44,354 bases of DNA from an uncultured Muribaculaceae bacterium. GTDB taxonomy: Bacteria > Bacillota_I > Bacilli_A > RF39 > UBA660. Position numbers and translations under genes: made by a program. Of the stretch, positions 37,201-44,354 are shown piece after piece; positions within the stretch are counted from its first letter, which is position 1, and each line of letters starts with the position of its first letter. Where the stretch lies: the NCBI GenBank assembly GCA_964461005.1, contig CAYWQQ010000002.1, positions 1 to 44,354 of the forward strand, read 5' to 3'. Under the pieces are notes generated by a model. The model was not told the DNA's origin. It made no database searches and worked only from the letters and a program-made list of their open reading frames with translations.

Positions 37201-38100
37201 CTATACTTTCAAATATTTTTTAACAGCTCTAAAGCTGCTAATCATACCTACGAAAATTCCCAATGCCAGAATTAATAAAGCAATTGTATAAACAAATGGG
37301 TTTGGCTCTATTAATTTAATAAATGGAGAAAAAATTTGACCATCAAAATTTTTATAAAGATAATTGTATCCATAAATAATTGAAGCGATAGGTACTAAAG
37401 AACCAAAAAATCCTAAAATAAACCCTTCAAAAATAAATGGCAATTCAATATTAAAATTGGAAGCCCCTACTAATCTCATAATTTCAATTTCTCTTTTTCT
37501 AGCAAAAATAGTCAATTTAATTGTATTAGTTATTAGTAACATTGTAATTAATACAAATAAAACAACTATTACAATCAAAGCTTTTTCAATTATTTTAAAA
37601 ATATTTAAAAATTTTTCAATTATGCCTTCACCATAATTAACACTATAAACACCCGATATTTTTTCAATCTCCTTAGCAGTTTTAGTAATTTTATCAATGT
37701 TTTTAACCTTTAAAACAAAAGTATCTTTTAGTGGATTTTCATCTTCTGACCAAACTTCCATAATGTTCTTATATACTTCAGATGATTTCATCATTTCCTC
37801 GGCTATTTCTTTTTTTCCTTGAAAAGTATATTCAGCAATATTTTTGTTTTTGATAATATTGTTTTTAATTTCTGCTATTCCTTCTTGATCAATAGCGGTA
37901 TTCAAAAAAGCCACTATTGTGAAATCATTTTTTATATTTTGAGAAAAATTATTAACATTATATGAAGTTATGATTGATAAAGCTACTAAAATCAAAGTAA
38001 TTACTATGCAAGATAAAGAAGCTATACTTAAACTAATGTTTCTAAAAACACTTTTTACTGCATCTCTAAAATCACGACTTATCATTCTAAGCAATTTCAT
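37201..38100 (-). CDS. ftsX: Cell-division ABC transporter permease-like protein FtsX
   Basis: 299 aa. One TM, an extracellular loop domain, then 3 TMs with the EIEIMRLVGA motif. Overlaps the ftsE 3' end. Confidence 0.85.
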   Translation of the reverse strand: MKLLRMISRDFRDAVKSVFRNISLSIASLSCIVITLILVALSIITSYNVNNFSQNIKNDFTIVAFLNTAIDQEGIAEIKNNIIKNKNIAEYTFQGKKEIAEEMMKSSEVYKNIMEVWSEDENPLKDTFVLKVKNIDKITKTAKEIEKISGVYSVNYGEGIIEKFLNIFKIIEKALIVIVVLFVLITMLLITNTIKLTIFARKREIEIMRLVGASNFNIELPFIFEGFILGFFGSLVPIASIIYGYNYLYKNFDGQIFSPFIKLIEPNPFVYTIALLILALGIFVGMISSFRAVKKYLKV

Positions 38101-38782
38101 TTTTATAAGTTCCTTCCATGTAGTCTCCTTCTAATTTTCCATCTTCGATAACAATAACTCTCTTTTTCATTGAATCAACTATATCTCTGTCATGAGTTGC
38201 CATTATTACTGTTGTACCGTTTTTATTAATAGTTTCTAATACTTTAACAATTTCTAAACTTATTTCTGGATCTAAATTACCAGTAGGTTCATCACACAAT
38301 AATAATTTTGGTTCATTAACTATTGCACGAGCTATTGCTACTCTTTGTTGTTCTCCTCCGGATAATTGATTGGGAAATTGTTTTACTTTGTTTTTTAAGC
38401 CTACTAATTCTATAGCTTTAATTGTTTTTTTTCTAACCTCATCTTTAGGTAATCCAAAAATTTCTAAAGCAAAGGCAACATTTTCAAAAACAGTTAGTTT
38501 AGGCAATAACTTATAGTCTTGGAATACTATTCCCAATTTTCTTCTTAATTTATACACTTTTCTATTTCTTAATTTAGCTACATCTAAGCCGCCTAAAATT
38601 ATTTTACCACTGTCTGCTTTTTCTTCTCTATGTAAAAGTTTTATTAAAGTTGATTTACCTGAGCCAGAAGCTCCTATTACAAAAACAAAATCACCTGTTT
38701 TTATACTTAAATTAACATTACAAAGAGCTGTAACACCATTTCTATATCTTTTATTTACGCCTTTAATACTTATTAATTCCAT
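38087..38782 (-). CDS. ftsE: Cell-division ATP-binding protein FtsE
   Basis: Walker A GASGSGKST, signature LSGGEQQR, Walker B LLLCDEPT. Confidence 0.92.
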   Translation of the reverse strand: MELISIKGVNKRYRNGVTALCNVNLSIKTGDFVFVIGASGSGKSTLIKLLHREEKADSGKIILGGLDVAKLRNRKVYKLRRKLGIVFQDYKLLPKLTVFENVAFALEIFGLPKDEVRKKTIKAIELVGLKNKVKQFPNQLSGGEQQRVAIARAIVNEPKLLLCDEPTGNLDPEISLEIVKVLETINKNGTTVIMATHDRDIVDSMKKRVIVIEDGKLEGDYMEGTYKNEIA

Positions 38783-38821
38783 TATTCCACCTCTTTATAC
38801 TATATATGAGTATATCATTAT

Positions 38822-39682
38822 TTATTGTTTTTTTAAACTCTTTGATTGATATTCTAATTCGTATGCATCAGTTACAATAAAAAATGATTTTTCATCGATT
38901 AAATTTATTCCTTCTTTAATTTTAAAATAGTCTTTATTAGAAACAACACACATCAGTACCTTATTTTCTTTTCCAGTATATCCTCCTACTGCTTCTAATT
39001 CTGTAATATGAATATTATAAACATTTAAAATATATTCTCTTATCTCATCAATTTTTGTTGTCATAATATAAAACATTTTACTATATGAAGAACCTAATAA
39101 TATCTTATCAGTAGCTATACCAATAACATATAAGGTTAAAATAGCATACATTACTTTATCAAAACCAAATATTGAGCCTCCTAAAAGAACAATTACACTA
39201 TTAATTATTAAATTTGATGTACCCACTGTCATTCCAAAATATTTGTTAATTATTAAAGAAGCTATATCACTTCCGCCAGTTGAGCAACCTATTTTATAAA
39301 CAATGCCACATGCTATTCCGCTTAACACAGCTCCCAATATTACAATTAAAAAATATTCACTAGTTGTTAAAGATAAGTTACTAATCATATTGCTAACTGG
39401 TCCTGTTAAATAAATGAAGAGTGGGTATAATATTGAACCAAGTATTGATTTTTTAATTTTGTCTTTTCCTAAAAAAATCCAACCAGTAATTATTGCCCCT
39501 CCATAACATAAAAAAACAATAATAGAAGGATTAATTCCAAAAAATTTATTAAATATTAAAGACAGTCCACTACTTCCTCCAATTACAATTTTCAAAGGAT
39601 AAACTGATGTGTTAAAGGCTAAAGCTTGAATAAATGAAGTAATAGTAACGATTAAATAGTCTTTAACAGTCATTTTTTTCAT
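38822..39682 (-). CDS. YitT-family membrane protein (DUF2179 C-terminal domain), copy 2
   Basis: Five to six TMs with GGSSG/STGGSD motifs and a C-terminal soluble domain ITELEAVGGYTGKENKVLMCVV...FFIVTDAYE. Confidence 0.8.
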   Translation of the reverse strand: MKKMTVKDYLIVTITSFIQALAFNTSVYPLKIVIGGSSGLSLIFNKFFGINPSIIVFLCYGGAIITGWIFLGKDKIKKSILGSILYPLFIYLTGPVSNMISNLSLTTSEYFLIVILGAVLSGIACGIVYKIGCSTGGSDIASLIINKYFGMTVGTSNLIINSVIVLLGGSIFGFDKVMYAILTLYVIGIATDKILLGSSYSKMFYIMTTKIDEIREYILNVYNIHITELEAVGGYTGKENKVLMCVVSNKDYFKIKEGINLIDEKSFFIVTDAYELEYQSKSLKKQ

Positions 39683-39683
39683 A

Positions 39684-40553
39684 TTAAGCTCCTCCTTTTA
39701 CCTCATATGCATCAGTTGCAACAAAAAAAGCTTTTTCATCAATATTCTTTATTCCTTCTTTTAAACGAAAATAGTCCTTTGAAGGAACAACACATAACAA
39801 TACATTCTCACTACCGCCTCGATAAGCACCCTTAGCTTTTAATATCGTAACGCCGTGATTTAAATTATCTAAAATATATTCTTTTATTTCTTGATCTTTT
39901 TCGGTAATTATATAAAATGCTTTATTCTCAGCAATTCCTAAAATTACTTTATCGACCATAATGCTATAAATATATAAATATACCAATGCATACATGATAT
40001 TAAAAGGTCCTAAAACAAAACCACCAGCTAAAATGACAAGTGAATCGAAAATAATTGTCCCTTTACCAATTGAAATTTTTATTGTTTTTGAAAAAATTTG
40101 AGCTACTATATCACTTCCACCAGTTGAAAAACCATTTTTAATAATTATTCCACAAGAAGTTCCCATTAAGAAGGCTGCAACTATAACATATAATAATACA
40201 TCTTGATTTTCTAACACAATCAGAGTACCGATTGATTCAGTTAACTTAACAAATATTGGAAATAAGATTATTCCCAAAATAGAACCGGCAGTCTTTTTTC
40301 TTCCTAGAAATATTAAAGAAAGTATTAATAGTAATATATTAGAAAGAGCGATAAAAAGAGCTGGATCAATAAATTTTTTTATTAGAACGGCTATACCACT
40401 TACTCCACCAGTAACTAAATTATTAGGTAAGATTAAAAGATTATAACTTGCCGCTAAAACAAATAAACCAAAAATAAAAGCTATATACCTTTTTATTTTT
40501 TTTCTTTTATTTATCGATTCATTAATTTTTAAAATTTCTAATTTATTATCCAT
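39684..40553 (-). CDS. YitT-family membrane protein (DUF2179 C-terminal domain), copy 1
   Basis: Same architecture as copy 2 (GGVSG, STGGSD, VTILKAKGAYRGGSENVLLCVV...FFVATDAYE). The ATG lies inside the prfB 3' end. Confidence 0.8.
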   Translation of the reverse strand: MDNKLEILKINESINKRKKIKRYIAFIFGLFVLAASYNLLILPNNLVTGGVSGIAVLIKKFIDPALFIALSNILLLILSLIFLGRKKTAGSILGIILFPIFVKLTESIGTLIVLENQDVLLYVIVAAFLMGTSCGIIIKNGFSTGGSDIVAQIFSKTIKISIGKGTIIFDSLVILAGGFVLGPFNIMYALVYLYIYSIMVDKVILGIAENKAFYIITEKDQEIKEYILDNLNHGVTILKAKGAYRGGSENVLLCVVPSKDYFRLKEGIKNIDEKAFFVATDAYEVKGGA

Positions 40554-41623
40554 TATTTACCCTCCATTTCAAATAAGAATCAATAAACATTTCTATTTCC
40601 CCATCTAAAACTTTATCAATATTGCTTGTTTCCTCATCTGTTCTGTGATCTTTTACCATAACGTATGGGCACATAACATATGACCTTATTTGCGAACCAA
40701 AATTTATTGCATTTTGATTACTTTTTAGATTGGTTTTTTCTTCCAATAATTTATTTTCTTCCATTTGTTTTATTTTACTTATTAAAATTTGTAAAGCTTT
40801 TTCTTTATTTTTTAATTGACTTCTTTCATTTTGACAAGTTACTACTATACCTGTTGGCAAGTGGGTTATTCTTACTGCACTATCTGTTGTATTAACGCTT
40901 TGGCCTCCAGCTCCACCACTTCTATATACATCTATTTTTAAATCGTTTTCTTTTATTTCCGTTTCAGTTGCTTCAAAAATAGGTAATACATTTACCGAAG
41001 AGAAAGAAGTATGTCTTCTTTTATTAGAATCAAATGGAGATATTCTCACCAAGCGATGAACTCCTATTTCACTTTTTAAGTATCCATAGGCATTTTTACC
41101 TTTTATTTCAAGTAAAACGTTTTTTATTCCAACGTCTTCTTTTTGAATGTCTAATTCTTCACATTTATAATTGTTTTTTTCACACCAGCGAATATACATT
41201 CTATATAGCATATTAGCCCAATCACAGGCTTCTGTTCCACCTGCTCCAGCATGAATTTCTAAAATGGCATCTTTATTATCATTTTCTTCGCATAACAAAC
41301 TTAAATTGCTAATATAATTTATTTTGTTTTCTAATTCTTCTATTTCTTCCTGTAAAAGTTCATCAAATTCAGTTTCTGAAACAGACGATGCTAAAACTAA
41401 ATAATCATCTATTCTTATTTTTAGATCTTTTAATTCTTCTATTTCTTCTTTTAAGTCGTTTAAAATAGTTATTTGTTTTTGAGCTGACGTTTTGTCATCC
41501 CAAAAATCTATTGCTGATACTTTTTTACTAATTTCATCTATTTGTTTTAATTTTTGATCAACTTCAAAGTATCCTCCATAAATTATCTGTTTTTTCTTTT
41601 ATATCTAATATTCTATCTTTCAT
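40546..41623 (-). CDS. prfB: Peptide chain release factor 2, expressed via programmed +1 frameshift
   Basis: Frame 0 runs from ATG 41623 for 19 codons (MKDRILDIKEKTDNLWRIL) to CTT TGA. Shifting +1 after CTT (41567-41569) reads EVDQKLKQIDEISKK... in continuity with the 250-aa track ORF. SPF and GGQ motifs are present. Confidence 0.93.
41564..41577 (-). promoter_or_regulatory. prfB +1 frameshift signal
   Basis: The minus strand reads GGAGG-ATA-CTT-TGA-A. An internal SD-like GGAGG lies 3 nt before the slippery CTT, followed by in-frame UGA. The spacing is the same as E. coli AGGGGG-TAT-CTT-TGA-C. Confidence 0.85.
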
Positions 41624-41658
41624 AAATTTACCTTTCTCAAAGCTACTATCTATTTTTA

Positions 41659-41687
41659 ATTATATCATATTTAATAAAGAGAAAACT
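41659..41687 (-). promoter_or_regulatory. Putative prfB promoter
   Basis: Extended -10 ATGATATAAT (41668-41659) with a weak -35, located between an upstream terminator and the prfB ATG. Confidence 0.45.
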
Positions 41688-41690
41688 ATT

Positions 41691-41720
41691 AAATAAAAAA
41701 ATCTGTAAAATACAGATTTT
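41691..41720 (-). terminator. Intrinsic terminator after the 133-aa gene
   Basis: aaaatctgta-aaa-tacagatttt followed by a T-run on the minus strand. Confidence 0.7.
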
Positions 41721-41763
41721 AATGACGTCTTATCATTTGTTGTGTGAGAACTTTATTAAATCA

Positions 41764-42165
41764 TTACTTTGTCTTATTTCTTATTAGTGTTTTTACTTTT
41801 GTTGGAAAACATTCTTCAATAGATATTTGAGAATTATATTGTTTTAATTTTTGGTACATATTCATAAAACATATATAATAATTTTGATAATTACTTCCGC
41901 TAGTTCTAAATCGAATTGAATAAGTAAGGGGTGATATAATTTCATGTTCAGGCTTATTTTTTCTAAAACTAATACTAAACCTATCCTTTTCTTTTTTAAG
42001 ATATAATACGCTTGCTTTATCAAATTCGTCGCCATCATCTGAATGCCATTCTATAATGTTATCTTTAAACAAACCGTTACATTCAGAAGAAGAAACTAAA
42101 CTTGTTTCATTTTTTAATTTTTTATTGACATTATCAACTGATATTGTAATATAGTCATTTATCAT
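41764..42165 (-). CDS. Hypothetical protein (133 aa)
   Basis: ORF with its own promoter and terminator but a poor SD (AACGA). No recognisable motif. Confidence 0.45.
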   Translation of the reverse strand: MINDYITISVDNVNKKLKNETSLVSSSECNGLFKDNIIEWHSDDGDEFDKASVLYLKKEKDRFSISFRKNKPEHEIISPLTYSIRFRTSGSNYQNYYICFMNMYQKLKQYNSQISIEECFPTKVKTLIRNKTK

Positions 42166-42279
42166 TCGTTGCTATATTATTTGCTTTGTGCTTTTGGTCG
42201 GGCACATTTCTATTGCTATCTTTCTAAGATAGCTTTTTTTTATGCCAATAAATCTCATAGGATTTTATTAGCTAATTAA

Positions 42280-42308
42280 AATATATCATGACTTTTAATA
42301 TCTGTCAA
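42280..42308 (-). promoter_or_regulatory. Putative promoter driving the 133-aa gene with a ~108-nt leader
   Basis: Consensus -35 TTGACA (42308-42303), 17-nt spacer, extended -10 TGATATATT (42288-42280). Confidence 0.6.
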
Positions 42309-42313
42309 AAAGC

Positions 42314-42340
42314 ACAAAAAAAGCATCTTTTAAAATGCTT
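42314..42340 (-). terminator. Intrinsic terminator after the NDT-like gene
   Basis: aagcat...atgctt hairpin followed by TTTTTGTGCTTTTT on the minus strand. Confidence 0.55.
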
Positions 42341-42360
42341 TTTATTTATATTTAACTATT

Positions 42361-42783
42361 TTATTTTATTAAATTTAAATCGCCTTTAATAATTATTGGG
42401 CCAAATCCTTCAATTTCATCAAATAGCATACCGTTTGGAATATCATTGTACAAATATATTTTTTTACCTAATCTAAATGCATCATACATTTCTAAGAATG
42501 TTGCTCCACCTATATAATTTTTAAATATTTCTCCTTCTTTTTCCTTATCTAAATTTAATACCAATACAGCATCCATCTTTGAAATTGTTTCTTCGCTTTG
42601 TTTATACATTTTAGCTTTAAATTTTTGGTGTTCTTCTTTTCCTAAATCCCACATCTTTTGTTCTGCGGTCGGATCATCATAACAATTAGGCAAAAACACT
42701 TCATTATTTTTCTCTTCTAAAATCTTCTTTACTTCTTCTATTTTTGAATAAAATTTTTTACTACATATTATTAATATTTTCAT
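42361..42783 (-). CDS. Nucleoside 2-deoxyribosyltransferase-like / DNPH1(Rcl)-like small protein
   Basis: 140 aa. MKILIICSKKFY (Rossmann-like first strand), DAVLVLN and GGATFLEMYDAFRLGKKIY follow the NDT-like pattern (G..fE.g.A...gKpiy). Tentative. Confidence 0.5.
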   Translation of the reverse strand: MKILIICSKKFYSKIEEVKKILEEKNNEVFLPNCYDDPTAEQKMWDLGKEEHQKFKAKMYKQSEETISKMDAVLVLNLDKEKEGEIFKNYIGGATFLEMYDAFRLGKKIYLYNDIPNGMLFDEIEGFGPIIIKGDLNLIK

Positions 42784-42843
42784 ATATTATCACTTCCCTT
42801 TTAATTATAACATATTTATTACTATTTAAGCTGAAATGAGTAA

Positions 42844-42865
42844 AAAACGTATCTAAAACGTATCT
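42844..42865. repeat. Tandem direct repeat, 2 x 11 bp (aaaacgtatct)
   Basis: Exact copies at 42844-42854 and 42855-42865, followed by a partial aaa. It lies roughly 45-65 nt upstream of the inferred start site of the NDT-like gene (extended -10 TGTTATAAT at 42812-42804). Confidence 0.8.
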
Positions 42866-42907
42866 AAAGTGCTTTTTTTGATAAAAATTACACATTTTGT
42901 TGAATTA

Positions 42908-42944
42908 TAAAAACCCTCGCAAAGCCTTTATTTGCAAGGGTTTT
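42908..42944 (-). terminator. Intrinsic terminator after secA
   Basis: The minus strand reads AAAACCCTTGCAAA-TAAAGGC-TTTGCGAGGGTTTT (one G-U pair) followed by T-rich sequence, 5 nt after the secA stop. Confidence 0.8.
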
Positions 42945-42948
42945 AACA

Positions 42949-44354
42949 CTATTTACCACAACATTGTTTATATTTTTTACCACTTCCACATGGACATGGA
43001 TCGTTTCTACCTATTTTAGTCACTTTTCTTGGTTGTAGTTTTTTTACTTTGTTTTTATCTTCATTAGTACTTATTTTAGTAACTGGTTTTGTTTCTAAAT
43101 TTTTTCTTATTTCTGCTTTTAATAAATACATTGCTGTTTGACGATCAATTTCGTTTAACATGTTTTCAAATAATCCAAATCCTTCAGAAGTATAAGCCCT
43201 TAAAGGATTCTCTTGAGCATATTGTCTTAAAATTATTCCTTCTTTAAGATGATCCATTGTATTAATGTGTTCCATCCAATAACGATCAATAATGTTTAAA
43301 GCTATAGCTTTTTCAAAACTATTAATTATTTCTTCAGGAACATCTTTGATTTTAGATTCATATTCATTAATAACGCTTGAATATATAATTTCTACTATTT
43401 CTTCTTTCTTTTTGTTTTTAATTTTTTCAACACTGATTTTTTCTTTTCTTAAAAGTGTCTCATTAATTACTTCACAAATTTCTTTATAATTAATGTTATT
43501 TAATTCTTGATTTTCAAAATAATGGCTTTCAATTAGATTAACAATATTATTCATAATTGAATTCAAAATATCAGTATGAATTGATTTCTCATCTAAAATA
43601 TTGTTTCTCTTTTCATATATTATTTCTCTTTGACGATTCATAACATCATCATATTGAAGCACTTGTTTTCTTATATCAAAGTTATGTCCTTCTACTCTCT
43701 TTTGAGCTGATTCCATAGAATTTGTAAATAATTTGCTTCTAATTGCTTGTTCGCCACCAAATCCTAAAGATTGCAATAAGCTTTTTATTCTATCTGTTCC
43801 AAATTTGACCATAATGTCATCTTCTAAAGAAACAAAAAATTGTGATTTTCCAGGATCACCTTGACGACCAGAACGACCTCTTAATTGATTATCAATTCTT
43901 CTTGATTCGTGTCGTTCAGTACCTATAACAAATAGACCCCCTAATTTTCTTGATTCTTCATCTAATTTAATATCTGTTCCACGACCGGCCATATTAGTTG
44001 CAATTGTTATTGCTCCTTTTTTACCAGCGTTCGCTACAATTTCAGCTTCACGGGCATGATTTTTAGCGTTTAAAACTTCATGAGGGATTTTTTTCTTTTT
44101 TAAAAGATCACTTAACAATTCACTTGTTTCTATCGCAATTGTTCCAACTAAAACCGGTTGTTTTTTTTCATATAATTCACTAATAACATTTGCTATTGCT
44201 TTGAATTTGCCTTCCTTATTTGCATATATTAAATCAGGCAAATCTTCCCTAATTACAGGTTTATTTGTTGGAATTTGAATAACATACATATTGTATATAT
44301 TTCTAAATTCTTCTTCTTCTGTTTTTGCTGTTCCTGTCATTCCTGAAAGTTTTT
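42949..44354 (-). CDS. secA: Preprotein translocase ATPase SecA, C-terminal ~467 codons (N-terminus beyond right edge)
   Basis: The frame stays open to the window edge (...KLSGMTGTAKTEEEEF). TNMAGRGTDI and RGRSGRQGDPG motifs. C-terminal zinc-binding tail CPCGSGKKYKQCCGK. Confidence 0.95.
   Translation of the reverse strand, partial: KLSGMTGTAKTEEEEFRNIYNMYVIQIPTNKPVIREDLPDLIYANKEGKFKAIANVISELYEKKQPVLVGTIAIETSELLSDLLKKKKIPHEVLNAKNHAREAEIVANAGKKGAITIATNMAGRGTDIKLDEESRKLGGLFVIGTERHESRRIDNQLRGRSGRQGDPGKSQFFVSLEDDIMVKFGTDRIKSLLQSLGFGGEQAIRSKLFTNSMESAQKRVEGHNFDIRKQVLQYDDVMNRQREIIYEKRNNILDEKSIHTDILNSIMNNIVNLIESHYFENQELNNINYKEICEVINETLLRKEKISVEKIKNKKKEEIVEIIYSSVINEYESKIKDVPEEIINSFEKAIALNIIDRYWMEHINTMDHLKEGIILRQYAQENPLRAYTSEGFGLFENMLNEIDRQTAMYLLKAEIRKNLETKPVTKISTNEDKNKVKKLQPRKVTKIGRNDPCPCGSGKKYKQCCGK

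Noticed and set aside
42166-42279. A known riboswitch (preQ1-like, T-box or similar) in the long leader of the 133-aa gene.
   Set aside because: The hairpins and A-rich tract do not match the conserved cores of any riboswitch class I can recall. The region is too short for a T-box and has no specifier or antiterminator logic. I kept it only as an unexplained structured leader.
1-44354. Possibility that this is a UGA=Trp (code 4) Mollicute and that the ORF boundaries are therefore wrong.
   Set aside because: prfB is present with an in-frame UGA frameshift site. Conserved genes are full length under code 11. A TGA stop coincides with an ATGA translational-coupling overlap at 4218-4221.
1-44354. 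CRISPR arrays, IS elements or transposases, integrases, prophage modules, restriction-modification or other recognisable defence systems, and toxin-antitoxin pairs.
   Set aside because: No intergenic gap exceeds about 330 nt, and the largest gaps are explained by tRNAs, the prfB 5' segment or terminators. There are no spaced direct repeats. None of the ORF translations shows nuclease, transposase, recombinase or methyltransferase motifs typical of such systems.

Overview
The window is about 27% GC by eye and is almost fully coding. I count 51 protein-coding loci, 49 of them on the minus strand, plus tRNA-Gly(UCC) and tRNA-His(GUG).

Most of it is conserved low-GC Bacillota/Mycoplasmatota-type housekeeping synteny:
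- rpsF-ssb-rpsR, then DHH phosphoesterase-rplI-dnaB-MBL(YycJ-like)-rlmH
- the str operon rpsL-rpsG-fusA-tuf
- secA ... prfB-yitT-yitT-ftsE-ftsX ... tilS-ftsH
- ung, pgi, a cysteine desulfurase and trmL

The genetic code is standard. prfB carries the classical in-frame UGA +1 frameshift site, conserved genes have no internal TGA, and one gene ends on a TGA inside an ATGA overlap.

I found no CRISPR array, IS element or transposase, integrase, prophage genes or recognisable defence system.

The non-housekeeping content, in order of interest:
1. 1-4935: a tightly coupled operon. Two exported Cys-bearing proteins (one is 861 aa with 24 Cys) and an anchored 144-aa protein sit in front of a CpaB-like protein and a CpaF/TadA-like ATPase. 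This looks like a non-canonical Tad-type module that runs off the left edge.
2. 25423-26943: an orphan gene with a perfect type IV prepilin signal (MKKG|FTLIELL) and a pilin-sized domain, fused to a roughly 360-aa TIM-barrel/glycoside-hydrolase-like module. It sits directly upstream of the str operon.
3. An unusual density of thioredoxin-fold and thiol-redox genes, including a cysteine desulfurase-Trx-(Trx::CcdA-like) operon.
4. 5941-7386: a GT4 glycosyltransferase with an ASCH/PUA-like C-terminal extension.
5. 17832-20969: a TetR-linked four-gene membrane cluster.
6. Two small variable islets: 27355-30222 next to tRNA-His, with a 5'-truncated MBL gene, and 41624-42948 inserted between secA and prfB.

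All family assignments come from motif and pattern reading by eye. No database search was possible. I cannot prove that any of these is a new system; items 1 and 2 are the best candidates.
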